Part shown: piece by piece, positions 1-6,837 of the stretch
Position numbering within the stretch: the first letter of the stretch is position 1
Layout: every line of letters begins with the position of its first letter
IMG/VR virus record: IMGVR_UViG_3300020045_003074
Location: 1 to 27,140 of that record
Length of the DNA: 27,140 bases
Direction: 5' to 3' (one strand)
From: a virus
Lineage: Duplodnaviria > Caudoviricetes
Notes under the pieces: generated by a model
Database searches by the model: none
Seen by the model: the letters and a program-made list of their open reading frames with translations, nothing else
What the model was told of the DNA's origin: nothing
Translations under genes and position numbers: made by a program

Positions 1-20
1 ACTTGTGTTCTATTCTTCAA
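1..20 (-). CDS. Probable start of a further cassette ORF (TTG, MKNRTQ...), truncated by the window edge
   Basis: GGAG RBS followed by TTG just inside attC-1 on the minus strand, the same layout as the other cassettes. Only 6 codons are visible. Confidence 0.35.
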
Positions 21-43
21 TTTATCGCACTCCGGTTTGTTTC

Positions 44-122
44 AGCTAACAAGGCGTAGCAACATCACTACACTTCGTTTCGTTCGACACGCTTCGCGTG
101 CGGTTGTACATGGGCGTTATGA
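44..122 (+). repeat. attC site 1
   Basis: R'' AGCTAAC (44-50), spacer AAGGC, L'' GTA[G]CAAC pairing with L' GTTGTAC, R' GTTATGA (116-122). Internal hairpin CACGC-TTC-GCGTG. Confidence 0.85.
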
Positions 123-380
123 CTCAAGCTCGAACACATGAAAAACTAAATCGCCATTCTGCAACTGGAACGTTGAAATGTATTTGCCGAGGTTGCTGGG
201 CATAGGATTACCAGTCCCGTAAATAGCTATTTTTCTAGTGCATTTTGCGCTGCCTTCAATGCACATAAACCACAAGACAAGATCATCTTTTTGAATTTGA
301 CTTGTCAAAATCGTAGCGCCAGCGGGGATTTCAATATTTTGTCTATCTCTTATTTGCAGTTTTACTTTCCAAATAACCAT
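117..380 (-). CDS. Cassette ORF, 87 aa conserved phage hypothetical protein (DUF7352-like)
   Basis: Pattern IWK..L....Q.I.IP.GA.IL..Q.Q.....LW...R.I.IYGTG.P....YI.T.Q...G.LVFHVFE recalls a widespread small phage family. Stop TAA overlaps R' of attC-1. Confidence 0.8.
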   Translation of the reverse strand: MVIWKVKLQIRDRQNIEIPAGATILTSQIQKDDLVLWFMCIEGSAKCTRKIAIYGTGNPMPSNLGKYISTFQLQNGDLVFHVFELES

Positions 381-406
381 TTTTAAATCTCACTTCGTTG
401 GGTTAG

Positions 407-490
407 TCATAACCAGTCGCAGCAACGGACGGGTCAAGAATTTCGCACTTTTCTGGCTGTTAAAAGCCGCCGTTGTGCTCGGCGTTATGC
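407..490 (+). repeat. attC site 2
   Basis: R'' TCATAAC (407-413), spacer CAGTC, GCA[G]CAACGG[A]CGG pairing with CCGCCGTTGTGC (two extrahelical bases), spacer TCGGC, R' GTTATGC (484-490). Confidence 0.9.
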
Positions 491-676
491 GTATTGAGCG
501 CACGCTTCACAGCAGCGGTTATTTTCCATACCCTTGTAAGGCGGCGGAACAAACTGTTTTCCGCAATCAAAACATTCGCGGCTTTCGTGTAGTTCTTTTG
601 GGTCGCACACGCTGCAACCGCTACACCCTCTCGCCGCACATTGAAACGCAGTTCTTTTTTCGTGGTCATGCTGCAT
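485..676 (-). CDS. Cassette ORF, 63 aa Cys-rich putative zinc-binding protein
   Basis: AGGA RBS. CxxCxxC, CFDC and CEAC motifs. TAA overlaps R' of attC-2. Confidence 0.7.
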   Translation of the reverse strand: MQHDHEKRTAFQCAARGCSGCSVCDPKELHESRECFDCGKQFVPPPYKGMENNRCCEACAQYA

Positions 677-702
677 AATTCAGTTTCCTATCGTAGTTGT
701 TT

Positions 703-788
703 GCATGACAAGGCGTTCCAGCACGGATGCCGCAAGAATTCGCCTTGTAGTTGTTTTTGTTCTGGCACCGCTGAACTCGGCGTTATGA
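703..788 (+). repeat. attC site 3 (R'' degenerate)
   Basis: R'' GCATGAC (AAC changed to GAC), spacer AAGGC, GTTC[C]AG[CA]CGG[A]TGCC pairing with GGCACCGCTGAAC, spacer TCGGC, R' GTTATGA (782-788). Confidence 0.85.
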
Positions 789-974
789 CTATTCAGTTTC
801 AAAAGTTTCGCCACACGAATTGCAGCGGTAAATATCCAATCGAGTTTTATCTGGCTTGTGAAACACATTGCAACCACAATTACATCTATAAGATTTACCA
901 GCAAGATTCACCATGAAGCTTTCAAGCTTCCCATCTTCTGTTTTTACTGCATTTTTATATCTATCAAAATGCAT
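789..974 (-). CDS. Cassette ORF, 61 aa zinc-ribbon-like protein
   Basis: GGAG RBS. RCNCGCNVF...YRCNSCG zinc-ribbon pattern. The ORF fills the cassette. Confidence 0.75.
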   Translation of the reverse strand: MHFDRYKNAVKTEDGKLESFMVNLAGKSYRCNCGCNVFHKPDKTRLDIYRCNSCGETFETE

Positions 975-993
975 ATATCACTCCGTTAATTGG

Positions 994-1077
994 TCATAAC
1001 AAAAAGTTGCAGCCGATGGAATCACCAAAGGCTATTTAATTACCCTCATACAGCCACGCCTGAACTTGGCGTTAAAT
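994..1077 (+). repeat. attC site 4
   Basis: R'' TCATAAC (994-1000), spacer AAAAA, GTT[G]CAGCCG[A]TGG pairing with CCACGCCTGAAC (one mismatch), spacer TTGGC, R' GTTAAAT (1071-1077). Confidence 0.85.
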
Positions 1078-1080
1078 TGT

Positions 1081-1287
1081 TTAGCAGGTTACTTTTGGCA
1101 AAGGTAGATCAGGGTTTGCCAACCAAGGAGCTTTTTCGTATTGGCTTGGTTTTTCTTGGCTTTGAGTCTTTAACTCAAGCTCTTTAATTTTTGCGGTTAG
1201 CCGTTCTTTTGAGAATTCCACAAATGGAGTATTTGGCGCTGTTCTGAAACAAAGCACTCCGTTTACAATAGCTTCTTCGTAGTACAT
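1081..1287 (-). CDS. Cassette ORF, 68 aa phage hypothetical protein (MYYEEAIVNGVLCFRTAP...)
   Basis: GGAGAG RBS before ATG at 1287. The upstream TTG at 1308 lies inside the attC, so 1287 is the preferred start. Confidence 0.75.
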   Translation of the reverse strand: MYYEEAIVNGVLCFRTAPNTPFVEFSKERLTAKIKELELKTQSQEKPSQYEKAPWLANPDLPLPKVTC

Positions 1288-1299
1288 ATTATCTCTCCA

Positions 1300-1385
1300 A
1301 TTTAACAAGTCGCTGAAAGAGCGACGGAATTAGAATTTTACATTAACGTGGCCTTGGTGTGCCGCGCTTTAGCTAGGCGCTATCT
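1300..1385 (+). repeat. attC site 5 (array-terminal, R' degenerate)
   Basis: R'' ATTTAAC (1300-1306), spacer AAGTC, GCT[G]AA[AG]AGCG[A]CGG pairing with CCGCGCTTTAGC, spacer TAGGC, R' GCTATCT (GTT changed to GCT). Confidence 0.85.
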
Positions 1386-1550
1386 CTCCACCCCTTGCGC
1401 AATGGTTAAATTCTCTATTGCCAGGGCGATAACATCATCCATCGTTAATGGTTTTTTGTTTTTTTTTTCTCTCGCTTTGTTTATTTTGTGCTGCTGAATA
1501 TCTAAAAACGCCTTTGTGGTCGGGTGTAACCTTACTTGTGTAGATGCCAT
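1380..1550 (-). CDS. 56 aa putative ribbon-helix-helix (Arc/CopG-like) regulator, absent from the ORF track
   Basis: Manual translation: MASTQVRLHPTTKAFLDIQQHKINKAREKKNKKPLTMDDVIALAIENLTIAQGVER. GGAGG RBS. Beta strand plus two helices pattern. Occupies the cro-like position. Confidence 0.7.
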   Translation of the reverse strand: MASTQVRLHPTTKAFLDIQQHKINKAREKKNKKPLTMDDVIALAIENLTIAQGVER

Positions 1551-1577
1551 ATAGCCTCCGTTCGTTGATTTAAAGCA

Positions 1578-1606
1578 ATTGTATATGTAATCTTTTTGTA
1601 TGTAAA
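1578..1606 (-). promoter_or_regulatory. Leftward sigma70 promoter driving the RHH gene and cassette ORFs
   Basis: TTTACA-17 bp-TACAAT on the minus strand. Confidence 0.75.
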
Positions 1607-1610
1607 GGTG

Positions 1611-1638
1611 TTGACAGAAAAAAGATGTGTGTTATCTT
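1611..1638 (+). promoter_or_regulatory. Rightward sigma70 promoter for the recombination operon
   Basis: TTGACA-16 bp-TATCTT with a TGn extended -10. Confidence 0.7.
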
Positions 1639-1669
1639 TAAGCAACACAAACAAACAGGGGTAAACAAG

Positions 1670-1987
1670 ATGGAATGCGCAGTAAGATTGGCTGAGATTA
1701 ATAACGATACACAAACAGATTCGCAAGAGCAGGCAGCCTATAGCGATATAGATGTGCAGTATTCCTACATACTTAATCGCCTACTATCCGGCAAAAAAGT
1801 TTACACCTTCTCGGCCAGCTTTAGCTTAGCCGATATATTAGAAGGCCAGCATGTTGAGTTTGAAGACCTTGTAAATCAGGATCATGATTTTATGTATGAG
1901 TACAGAACGGGCGGCCTAGATGAAAGCCTGCGCACATTAATCGAAACGGAAGCGCATAGAATCGCGCAAAGCATTGTAGGGGAATGA
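1670..1987 (+). CDS. Acidic hypothetical phage protein (105 aa)
   Basis: AGGGG RBS before ATG 1670. The ORF-track start at 1625 lies within the promoter. Confidence 0.7.
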   Translation: MECAVRLAEINNDTQTDSQEQAAYSDIDVQYSYILNRLLSGKKVYTFSASFSLADILEGQHVEFEDLVNQDHDFMYEYRTGGLDESLRTLIETEAHRIAQSIVGE

Positions 1988-1988
1988 T

Positions 1989-2225
1989 ATGAACGACTTA
2001 TTTATAGATAACTTGGCAATCTTGGCGGCTTATGCGCTACCGATTCTTTCTGTGTTGTGCTTAGGCGCATTTATTGGCGATAAAGTAATGGATTATCAAG
2101 ATGCGGCCGTAAAGCGCTGTAAGTATGGATTGGTGCGTGTAGGTTCGGCATTAAAGCCTAGCGCAAAGAAATGTAAATTTAATGTAATTGTTCGCACAGC
2201 TTTGGCAAAGTTGCGTTTTAACTAA
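1989..2225 (+). CDS. Small hypothetical protein with an N-terminal hydrophobic helix
   Basis: AGGGG RBS, tight operon spacing, one hydrophobic segment. Confidence 0.65.
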   Translation: MNDLFIDNLAILAAYALPILSVLCLGAFIGDKVMDYQDAAVKRCKYGLVRVGSALKPSAKKCKFNVIVRTALAKLRFN

Positions 2226-2235
2226 GGGGTAATGT

Positions 2236-2985
2236 ATGAACGAAGTCACAATACAACAACAATCGGCTTTGCCAGTAGTGAGCAAAGAAACAGATATGAT
2301 GATGCAATTAATACAACAAATTGCGTTAAATCCTGATATTCCTGTTGAAAAGATGCAAGCTGTTATCAACATGAAAATGCAAGTTTTTGATAAGAATGCA
2401 GAAATCGAATACAACAAGGCAATGATACTTGCACAGCAGGAAATGCTGCCAGTTATTAAAACTGCTAAGAATACGCAAACAAGCAGCACTTACGCAAAAA
2501 TGGAAAACATAGCCAAGCAATGTAAGCCGATCTGGACTAAACACGGCTTTGCTTTACAGTTTGGCACCGCTGACTGCCCTATTGCAGAACACTACCGCGT
2601 TACCTGCGAAGTGTCTCATGCGGCTGGATTCAATAAGAAGTATCAGGCTGATTTGCCTGTTGACGATGAAGGCATTAAGGGACAAAAGAACAAAACAGGT
2701 TGCCACGGTTTTGGCAGCACAATGTCTTATGCTCAGCGCTATCTAACAATCATGATCTTCAATATCACTCTTGAAGGCGCTGATAATGATGGTAATAGAC
2801 CACCACAACATCCACAGCAGCTACCAGCCAGACAAAAAACGCCAATATCTGATTCAAAGTTTGCAGAAGTAATTTCAAGAATTAAATCAGGCGAGGTCAA
2901 TATTCTTCGGCTAACTATTAACCATGAATTAACAGCGCCACAAAAAACAATCCTTTTATCAGAATTCCCTGAGGCTCAAATATGA
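2236..2985 (+). CDS. erf: ERF-family single-strand annealing protein
   Basis: YAKMENI...KPI...HGF, HAAG and the GSTMSYAQRY.....FNI motif are typical of the Erf domain. Confidence 0.85.
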   Translation: MNEVTIQQQSALPVVSKETDMMMQLIQQIALNPDIPVEKMQAVINMKMQVFDKNAEIEYNKAMILAQQEMLPVIKTAKNTQTSSTYAKMENIAKQCKPIWTKHGFALQFGTADCPIAEHYRVTCEVSHAAGFNKKYQADLPVDDEGIKGQKNKTGCHGFGSTMSYAQRYLTIMIFNITLEGADNDGNRPPQHPQQLPARQKTPISDSKFAEVISRIKSGEVNILRLTINHELTAPQKTILLSEFPEAQI

Positions 2986-3635
2986 TCCGGTGCAGCTCGA
3001 TTGACAAAATAATGACTAATCCTCAGAAAAAGACTGAGGAGTTTTCAGAAACCGCTAAGGGCGCGATGATGGAAACCGTTAGAGAGATTTTATTCGGTGT
3101 GCGCAAAAACTTGGACGATGTGCAAGCAATTCAAAAGGGGCGCATGTGTGAGGATGCTGGAATCCAACTTTACAACGATGTTTTTTTGTATGACCTGAAA
3201 AAAGTCGAGAGTGACGGACGCCGAAACAATGGCATCATCACAGGAGAGCCTGATTTAGTCGCTGCGCACTCTAAAAAGGGCGTTGATATAAAGGTGGCTT
3301 GGTCATTGCTAACGTTCCCCTTGTGCGCTGAGGATGCCGACAAGAAGGGCTATGAGTGGCAGGCTAGGGGCTATATGTGCCTGTTTGACTTGCCTGAGTG
3401 GGAGATAGCCTACTGTGCAATAGATACGCCCGATGAGCTTTTAAAACCTTGGGATGATCGCACAATCCATACGATTGACAGCGCCATACCTGCGCACCAC
3501 CGAATCACAGTGGCGCGCTATACCCGCGATATGGACATAGAGAAAGCCATGCTAGACAAGTGCAAAAAAGCCAACATATGGATTGAAAACGCGGTTAAAC
3601 AGTTCGCCACTGAGCACGACCAATACATTAAATAA
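2982..3635 (+). CDS. Lambda-exonuclease/YqaJ-like PD-(D/E)XK exonuclease
   Basis: IRCSSI, KG..CE, ITGEPD, DIK and YEWQARGYM motifs. Coupled to erf by an ATGA overlap. Confidence 0.85.
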   Translation: MIRCSSIDKIMTNPQKKTEEFSETAKGAMMETVREILFGVRKNLDDVQAIQKGRMCEDAGIQLYNDVFLYDLKKVESDGRRNNGIITGEPDLVAAHSKKGVDIKVAWSLLTFPLCAEDADKKGYEWQARGYMCLFDLPEWEIAYCAIDTPDELLKPWDDRTIHTIDSAIPAHHRITVARYTRDMDIEKAMLDKCKKANIWIENAVKQFATEHDQYIK

Positions 3636-3649
3636 CTAAGGAAATAATC

Positions 3650-4690
3650 ATGACTACCGAAACCAAAGAATTGGCCTTTATGCCACCAAAAGAAACAGCA
3701 ATGGTAGTTTTTACCGGTGCAAATTCTATTGACCCGTACCTTGCGCATATCCGCGCTGAAATTGATGCGTTTATTCCAGACCTGACAACCAAGAAAGGCC
3801 GTGACGCAATTGCATCCATGGCTTACAAGGTTTCTCAGTCTAAGAGCGCGCTGGAGGCAGTTGGTAAGGCGCTTGCTGATGAAGCAAAGGAAATCCCAAA
3901 GAAGATCGACGCAACCCGTAAGCATGTAAAAGACACGCTCGACTCATGGCGTGACGAGGTGCGCAAGCCTTTGGACGACTGGCAGGCTGAGCAGGACGCA
4001 ATCGAAGCCAAGCGCATTTCCGATGAAGCGGCAGCAGAAGCCGCACGATTGGCAGAAATCGCAGCGCGAGAACTTCAAGATCAGGTTGACCGAGACCATG
4101 AACTAGCATTGTTCATGTATGCCGAGCACCTGCGCCAAAAAGAAGAGGCAGCAAAGCAGGCAATCATTGACGCTGAAAACGAAGCAAAGGCGCAGAAGGA
4201 GCGCGAAGAACGTATCGCAGCCGAAGCCGCTGAAAACGCCCGTATTCAAGCTGAGCACGCAGCAGCAGCCGAACAGCAACGAATCAAAGACGAAGCCGCA
4301 AGGCAAGCAGCAGAAGCGCAAGCGGCCATTGAGCGTGCGCAACGCGAAAAGGCCGAAGCAGAAGCCGAATCTATACGCCAGCAACAAGCCGCTGAGCAAG
4401 CCAAAGTCAAGGCATTACTAGATGCTGATAACGCAGCTAAAGCGGCTCTAGCGAAAGCTGAGGCCGATAAGCAAGCAGCTATTGAAGCAGAGCGTCAACG
4501 CGTAGCTGCTGAGCTTGCACAACAAGCGATAGAATCATCACGCCGTGAAAAAGATACAGCAAACAAAAAGCGCGTAAACAATGAAATCCTGCAAGACTTT
4601 ATCGCTGCCGGACTAAGCGAAGATTGCGCAAAAACAGCTATAACCGCAATGGCTAAAAATCAAGTGCGCAACGTTAAAATTAACTACTAG
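3650..4690 (+). CDS. Phage coiled-coil protein (often annotated TolA-like)
   Basis: PDLTTKKGRDAIASMAYKV..SK...GK N-terminus and Ala/Glu/Arg-rich coiled coil, a family common next to lambdoid recombination genes. Confidence 0.8.
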   Translation: MTTETKELAFMPPKETAMVVFTGANSIDPYLAHIRAEIDAFIPDLTTKKGRDAIASMAYKVSQSKSALEAVGKALADEAKEIPKKIDATRKHVKDTLDSWRDEVRKPLDDWQAEQDAIEAKRISDEAAAEAARLAEIAARELQDQVDRDHELALFMYAEHLRQKEEAAKQAIIDAENEAKAQKEREERIAAEAAENARIQAEHAAAAEQQRIKDEAARQAAEAQAAIERAQREKAEAEAESIRQQQAAEQAKVKALLDADNAAKAALAKAEADKQAAIEAERQRVAAELAQQAIESSRREKDTANKKRVNNEILQDFIAAGLSEDCAKTAITAMAKNQVRNVKINY

Positions 4691-4699
4691 GAATAAATT

Positions 4700-5188
4700 A
4701 TGTCAGGCGTAAATAAAGTCATCATCGTAGGCAACATCGGCCAAGACCCTGAAGTGAAATACATGCCTTCCGGCGGCGCGGTTACCAACGTCAGCATTGC
4801 CACCTCAGAAACCTGGAAAGACAAAGCCACAGGCCAACCGCAAGAGCGTACCGAATGGCATCGCGTGGTGTTCTTTAATCGCTTGGGCGAAATCGCGGGC
4901 GAATATTTGAAGAAAGGCAGCAAAGTTTACGTTGAAGGTTCTCTTCGTACTCGAAAATGGCAAGCGCAAGACGGCACTGACCGTTACACCACTGAAATTG
5001 TAGCCAGCGAGATGCAAATGCTGGACGGGAAAAGTGATCGCACGAATGAAGCGCAACAGCAATCCGCGCAATCTGGCCGCGTAGTTACTGATTTTGGTAG
5101 TGGCCACTCGGAATCAGGATTAAGCCGCACACAAATAGCCCAACCACCAGCGGGCTTTGACTCATTCAATGACGATATACCGTGGTGA
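4700..5188 (+). CDS. ssb: Single-stranded DNA-binding protein
   Basis: [17 protein letters not shown]...ATSETWKDK...TEWHRVVFF...[14 protein letters not shown]. Acidic tail DDIPW. Confidence 0.97.
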   Translation: MSGVNKVIIVGNIGQDPEVKYMPSGGAVTNVSIATSETWKDKATGQPQERTEWHRVVFFNRLGEIAGEYLKKGSKVYVEGSLRTRKWQAQDGTDRYTTEIVASEMQMLDGKSDRTNEAQQQSAQSGRVVTDFGSGHSESGLSRTQIAQPPAGFDSFNDDIPW

Positions 5189-5196
5189 GGTGAAAT

Positions 5197-5364
5197 ATGC
5201 TAGCAGACGAACTACCAGAAATAATCCACAACGTAAAAGATACGCAATTCAGTATTGCGCGCCATTACGGTGGGGTAAAAATTAATGGACACATGTACAT
5301 CTATAACCCAAAAGATGACACGTTGATAAAGTCAATCGGAAAAGTTGAGAGAAAAAAGAAATGA
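5197..5364 (+). CDS. 55 aa hypothetical phage protein, absent from the ORF track
   Basis: GAGGTG RBS. Translation MLADELPEIIHNVKDTQFSIARHYGGVKINGHMYIYNPKDDTLIKSIGKVERKKK. Its stop overlaps the next ATG. Confidence 0.75.
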   Translation: MLADELPEIIHNVKDTQFSIARHYGGVKINGHMYIYNPKDDTLIKSIGKVERKKK

Positions 5365-5663
5365 TGATTCAAATTAGAGAAGAAGAGCTAAAGAAGCTCA
5401 AAAACAAACTGAATAACTATAGGCAGCAAGAGCGAACACGCGCAAAAAAACTGGAGGCGGCCAAAGAAAAAGCTGCATTCAACGACACAGATAAATTAAT
5501 AATGGTAGAAGGAGTTCTTTTGCAGGTTTTAAATAAGCCAGACTTGGCTATCATCACTCAAATTGTCTTTTCAAAATTACAAGATGATGAGTTTTGGAAC
5601 AAACACAAACACGACTCAATCGAAAAGATAAACAAAGCGCTGAAAATGTCGGTGATGAACTAG
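5361..5663 (+). CDS. Hypothetical protein, 100 aa
   Basis: ATGA coupling to the upstream ORF. Ends at a terminator. Confidence 0.65.
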   Translation: MMIQIREEELKKLKNKLNNYRQQERTRAKKLEAAKEKAAFNDTDKLIMVEGVLLQVLNKPDLAIITQIVFSKLQDDEFWNKHKHDSIEKINKALKMSVMN

Positions 5664-5681
5664 CCCCTTTCGGGGCTTTTT
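5662..5681 (+). terminator. Intrinsic terminator between convergent early and late operons
   Basis: AGCCCC-TTTC-GGGGCT followed by a T run. Confidence 0.8.
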
Positions 5682-6837
5682 ACAATCCTGGTGATGTTAG
5701 CCCGCTAGAAGTAAAACCGGATGAGGTTAGGCCGGCAGATGTTAAGCCACCGCTTACAACCACGCCGCCGCCATCGGTTATCGTGACTCGGTAATAATAC
5801 ATTTTACCAGCATCCGCACCGCCAGAAACCCATAGCCATAGGTCAAATGAGCCTGCATTTGTAGTGCTGAAATCTGTGCGCGGAAGAACAACTAAATCCG
5901 ACATACCGACCGGAACAGTGTGATACATCACATCGCCAGACGATACGATTCTTCCAGTAGCTAGTTTTATCGCTCCGCCGATTGTGTTTGAGTTCGACGT
6001 TATCGGGTTTAATGCCTCCACATCGGTAAAGGTTGCATCAGCCTCAAGCGTGGTTGATGCAACAGCCGATGCGCTTCCATCGTCAAACGTTAGCGATAGA
6101 TCGCAGGGAACCATTGGGTATAATGCACCATCAACCCACGGCGAAATTGTTGCACTAGTATCGGCAGTGATACCGCTCACAGTAACGCCAGCTTTATCTG
6201 TGGTGATTGATGTTATACCGGTTAATCCGGAAGTGGTAAAATCGAAAGCACCCCCGACAATCACAGGTTCATCTATCGAATCAATAGAAGCTCCAAATCC
6301 CTCAACCGTAAACGAGTCAACAAAATCAGTAGCAGCTTGCCTCCCATGAATTCCAACTAAATTACTAGACGCTAGCGTCACTAGCGGATCAATATTTATC
6401 AATCCCGTTACGTTAACGCCATCTTTTTGTGCTGTCAGCCTATTCGTTATCGCATCATAGATTAGCGATAATGATCCACTAGAGAAAAACGATACGGCAA
6501 CGCTCGCAAGAAGTGTGAATGTGCCAGCAACGCGCTTAAATAATTGCAGCTCGCTGGAGTCGTAGCGAAGGCAGAAAAAGTTATCAATATCGATAACATT
6601 AACGCAGCAGACCATCGAGCTGCTTTGTCCGCCGCTTGCGTAGACTGTAGTGATTTTATGACTGGCAGATCCCGCATTCATTGTTGCTAACGAATGACTT
6701 CCTGTCGATATAGTCAAATAACCATTGGCATTTACAACCAGTTCACCTACCGACCCAAAGGCTCTCGTTATTCCTACCACAGACCCAATATCAGTACCGT
6801 TGGCATAGCCATTTAAACTGTATATTGTTGTTGCCAT
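5680..6837 (-). CDS. 385 aa beta-rich accessory or structural protein with C-terminal GLTS repeats
   Basis: Long Gly/Ser/Thr/Val-rich ORF, lectin/beta-sandwich-like N-terminal half, coupled to the upstream gene. Confidence 0.75.
   Translation of the reverse strand: MATTIYSLNGYANGTDIGSVVGITRAFGSVGELVVNANGYLTISTGSHSLATMNAGSASHKITTVYASGGQSSSMVCCVNVIDIDNFFCLRYDSSELQLFKRVAGTFTLLASVAVSFFSSGSLSLIYDAITNRLTAQKDGVNVTGLINIDPLVTLASSNLVGIHGRQAATDFVDSFTVEGFGASIDSIDEPVIVGGAFDFTTSGLTGITSITTDKAGVTVSGITADTSATISPWVDGALYPMVPCDLSLTFDDGSASAVASTTLEADATFTDVEALNPITSNSNTIGGAIKLATGRIVSSGDVMYHTVPVGMSDLVVLPRTDFSTTNAGSFDLWLWVSGGADAGKMYYYRVTITDGGGVVVSGGLTSAGLTSSGFTSSGLTSPGL

Larger units (their letters stand above)
44..1385 (+). 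mobile_element. Integron gene-cassette array without integrase in the window (CALIN-like): 5 attC sites, 4 complete cassettes (117-484, 485-782, 783-1071, 1072-1379) plus a partial one running off the left edge
   Basis: Five 79-86 bp imperfect palindromes with R''/L''/L'/R' architecture and extrahelical bases, spaced about 290-370 bp apart, with one RBS-preceded ORF between each pair. R' at the start of each cassette is complementary to R'' at its end. Confidence 0.9.

Noticed and set aside
460-916. ORFs 460-669(-), 475-678(+), 641-916(+), 680-904(-)
   Set aside because: Shadow frames that read into or through attC sites (HNAE.. is the translated attC) or lie antisense to RBS-supported ORFs.
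990-1187. Plus-strand 65 aa ORF
   Set aside because: Starts at and spans attC-4, and is antisense to the cassette ORF.
44-1385. CRISPR array or series of intrinsic terminators
   Set aside because: Repeats are not identical, the intervals are whole genes, there are no U-tails, and the structure fits attC.
1532-1726. Minus-strand 64 aa ORF
   Set aside because: Crosses both promoters. The RBS-supported gene is 1380-1550.
3650-4690. Genuine TolA
   Set aside because: No N-terminal membrane anchor. The similarity is low-complexity coiled coil only.
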